This document shows, piece by piece, positions 62,514 through 64,000 of a stretch of 64,000 nucleotides of DNA. The position numbers and the translations under genes are program-made. Below the pieces are notes generated by a model. It saw only the letters and a program-made list of their open reading frames with translations. It ran no database searches and was not told where the DNA came from. The first letter of the stretch is position 1; every line of letters starts with the position of its first letter. The stretch comes from Paecilomyces variotii (lineage: Eukaryota): NCBI GenBank assembly GCA_004022145.1, contig RCNU01000002.1. One strand, written 5' to 3'.

Positions 62514-64000
62514 ATGGATGATCTAGAGTCCACGTACGCTTCACTGCGCGCGCAAATCACAGAGACAGAAACACGGTTGGCAGCCCTCAAACGCCAACTA
62601 GACAGTGCCGAGAAGACCCTTGCAGAGAAAGGAACGAACGAAACATCCGCTGCGACGTCAGACGGACAGCAGAGCCCACGGAAATGGCCACTTCTTGCAG
62701 AGGAGTATAGAAGGTACGGTAGACAGATGATTGTGCCGCAGATTGGACTACAGGGTAGGGTGTTCCTTTCCTCTTCATTTGTTCGGCGCCTGTGCTAAGT
62801 CTACCGGAATAGGTCAGTTGAAGCTTCGTTCATCATCAGTATTGATTGTCGGAGCTGGAGGTTTGGGATGTCCTGCAGCTCAGTATCTGGCGGGAGCAGG
62901 GGTCGGCACACTGGGCTTGGTGGATGGAGATGTCGTTGAACACTCAAACCTGCACCGCCAGGTTCTACATCGGACAAGGAACGTGGGCAAATTGAAAGTA
63001 GATAGTGCGATCGAGTCTCTTAAGGAGTATGATCCCGTTTGTATTTCCACGCCACCTGTTACACAGTATACTGATTCATATCCACTGAACTTAGGCTCAA
63101 TCCGCACCCGAAGTATGTAGCTCATCGAGCTCATCTTACTCCCGAAGATGCCCCGGAAATCTTTAAGAATTACGATATAATCCTGGACTGCACAGATAAC
63201 CCTGCTACACGATACTTAATCTCTGATACGGCAGTTCTCTTGGGGAAGCCGCTTGTTTCGGCTTCTGCGTTGAGAACGGAGGGTCAGCTCATGGTGTTGA
63301 ACAATCCGCCTAAACCCCCTGGTGAGAAGTCCGGGGGACCCTGCTACCGCTGTGTTTTCCCCAAGCCTCCACCAGCGGATAGCGTTGTGAGCTGTGCAGA
63401 CGGTGGGATCCTAGGTCCGGTGGTCGGAACTATGGGAGTGTTGCAAGCGTTGGAAGCCATCAAGGTCATCACCGGTTACGGCTCTGCGGACAATACGAAT
63501 GGGGGACTGCCTGCCTCCCCCTCTCTGCACATATTCTCCGCATACTCTTCGCCCCCGTTCCGCACAATCCGTCTTAGACCGCGCCGTGCGAATTGCGCAG
63601 CTTGCTCGGCCGATGCCACCGTATCACTCGAATCTCTTCGCAGTGGCTCTACAGATTATGTCCTTTTCTGTGGTTCAGCGACTGCTCCCTCACTGCTTTC
63701 TCCAGAAGAGCGTATCTCAGCTAAGGAGCTCCAGAAGACGTTCGGTGACGGAACAGATGGGTTTGAGAACCGCGGACCTTGTACGGTCATAGATGTGCGT
63801 GACAATGTCCAATTTGACATATGCAGTTTGGATAAAAGCGTGAACATACCAATCTCGAAAATCTTGTCGTCTGCACCACAGCCCACATCCCATGATGGAA
63901 GGGAGCAATCCGGCCTTCCTGATTGGGTCCCTGCAGAAATAGCAACCGGCTCTGAGGGTCCGATATACGTAGTGTGTCGACAGGGAAACGATTCTCAAGT
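62514..64000 (+). CDS. UBA4: Adenylyltransferase/sulfurtransferase Uba4/MOCS3/CnxF (ThiF + rhodanese); runs off the right edge
   Basis: Exons 62514-62754, 62813-63026, 63095->64000. Motifs [47 protein letters not shown], rhodanese loop [10 protein letters not shown] at the window end. Confidence 0.96.

Overview
Gene-dense, intron-containing DNA from a filamentous ascomycete, most likely Eurotiales (Aspergillus/Penicillium/Paecilomyces-like); the species cannot be determined from the sequence. I reconstructed 23 protein-coding genes by hand from GT..AG introns, branch sites and reading-frame continuity. The recognisable backbone is MSH4 (partial), RSA4, a CAP/PRY protein, RCY1, PCH2, CYT1, a GliK-like GGCT, ARO3/aroG, an F-box protein, a DUF221/OSCA channel, a GH76 DFG5/DCW1 protein, a secreted lipase, GDB1, GPD, SLX9 and UBA4 (partial). 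Three accessory-looking inserts interrupt it. (i) A convergent pair at 60.5-62.2 kb encodes an AbiEii/DUF6036-like nucleotidyltransferase plus an uncharacterised partner, resembling a bacterial toxin-antitoxin module; this is the best candidate for an undescribed system. (ii) At 12.9-17.8 kb two gamma-glutamyl cyclotransferases sit beside a COOH-NH2 amidoligase. (iii) An intronless caspase-fold (His-Cys) protein lies at 52-53 kb. An 8-exon, ~1519-aa gene that the ORF track splits into pieces has the architecture of a meiotic axis-core protein (Red1/SYCP2/Rec10) and lies near MSH4 and PCH2. The GPD gene encodes both a mitochondrial-type presequence and a C-terminal PTS1. I found no tRNA, rRNA, CRISPR array or intact transposon. 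All family calls come from motif recognition, not database searches.
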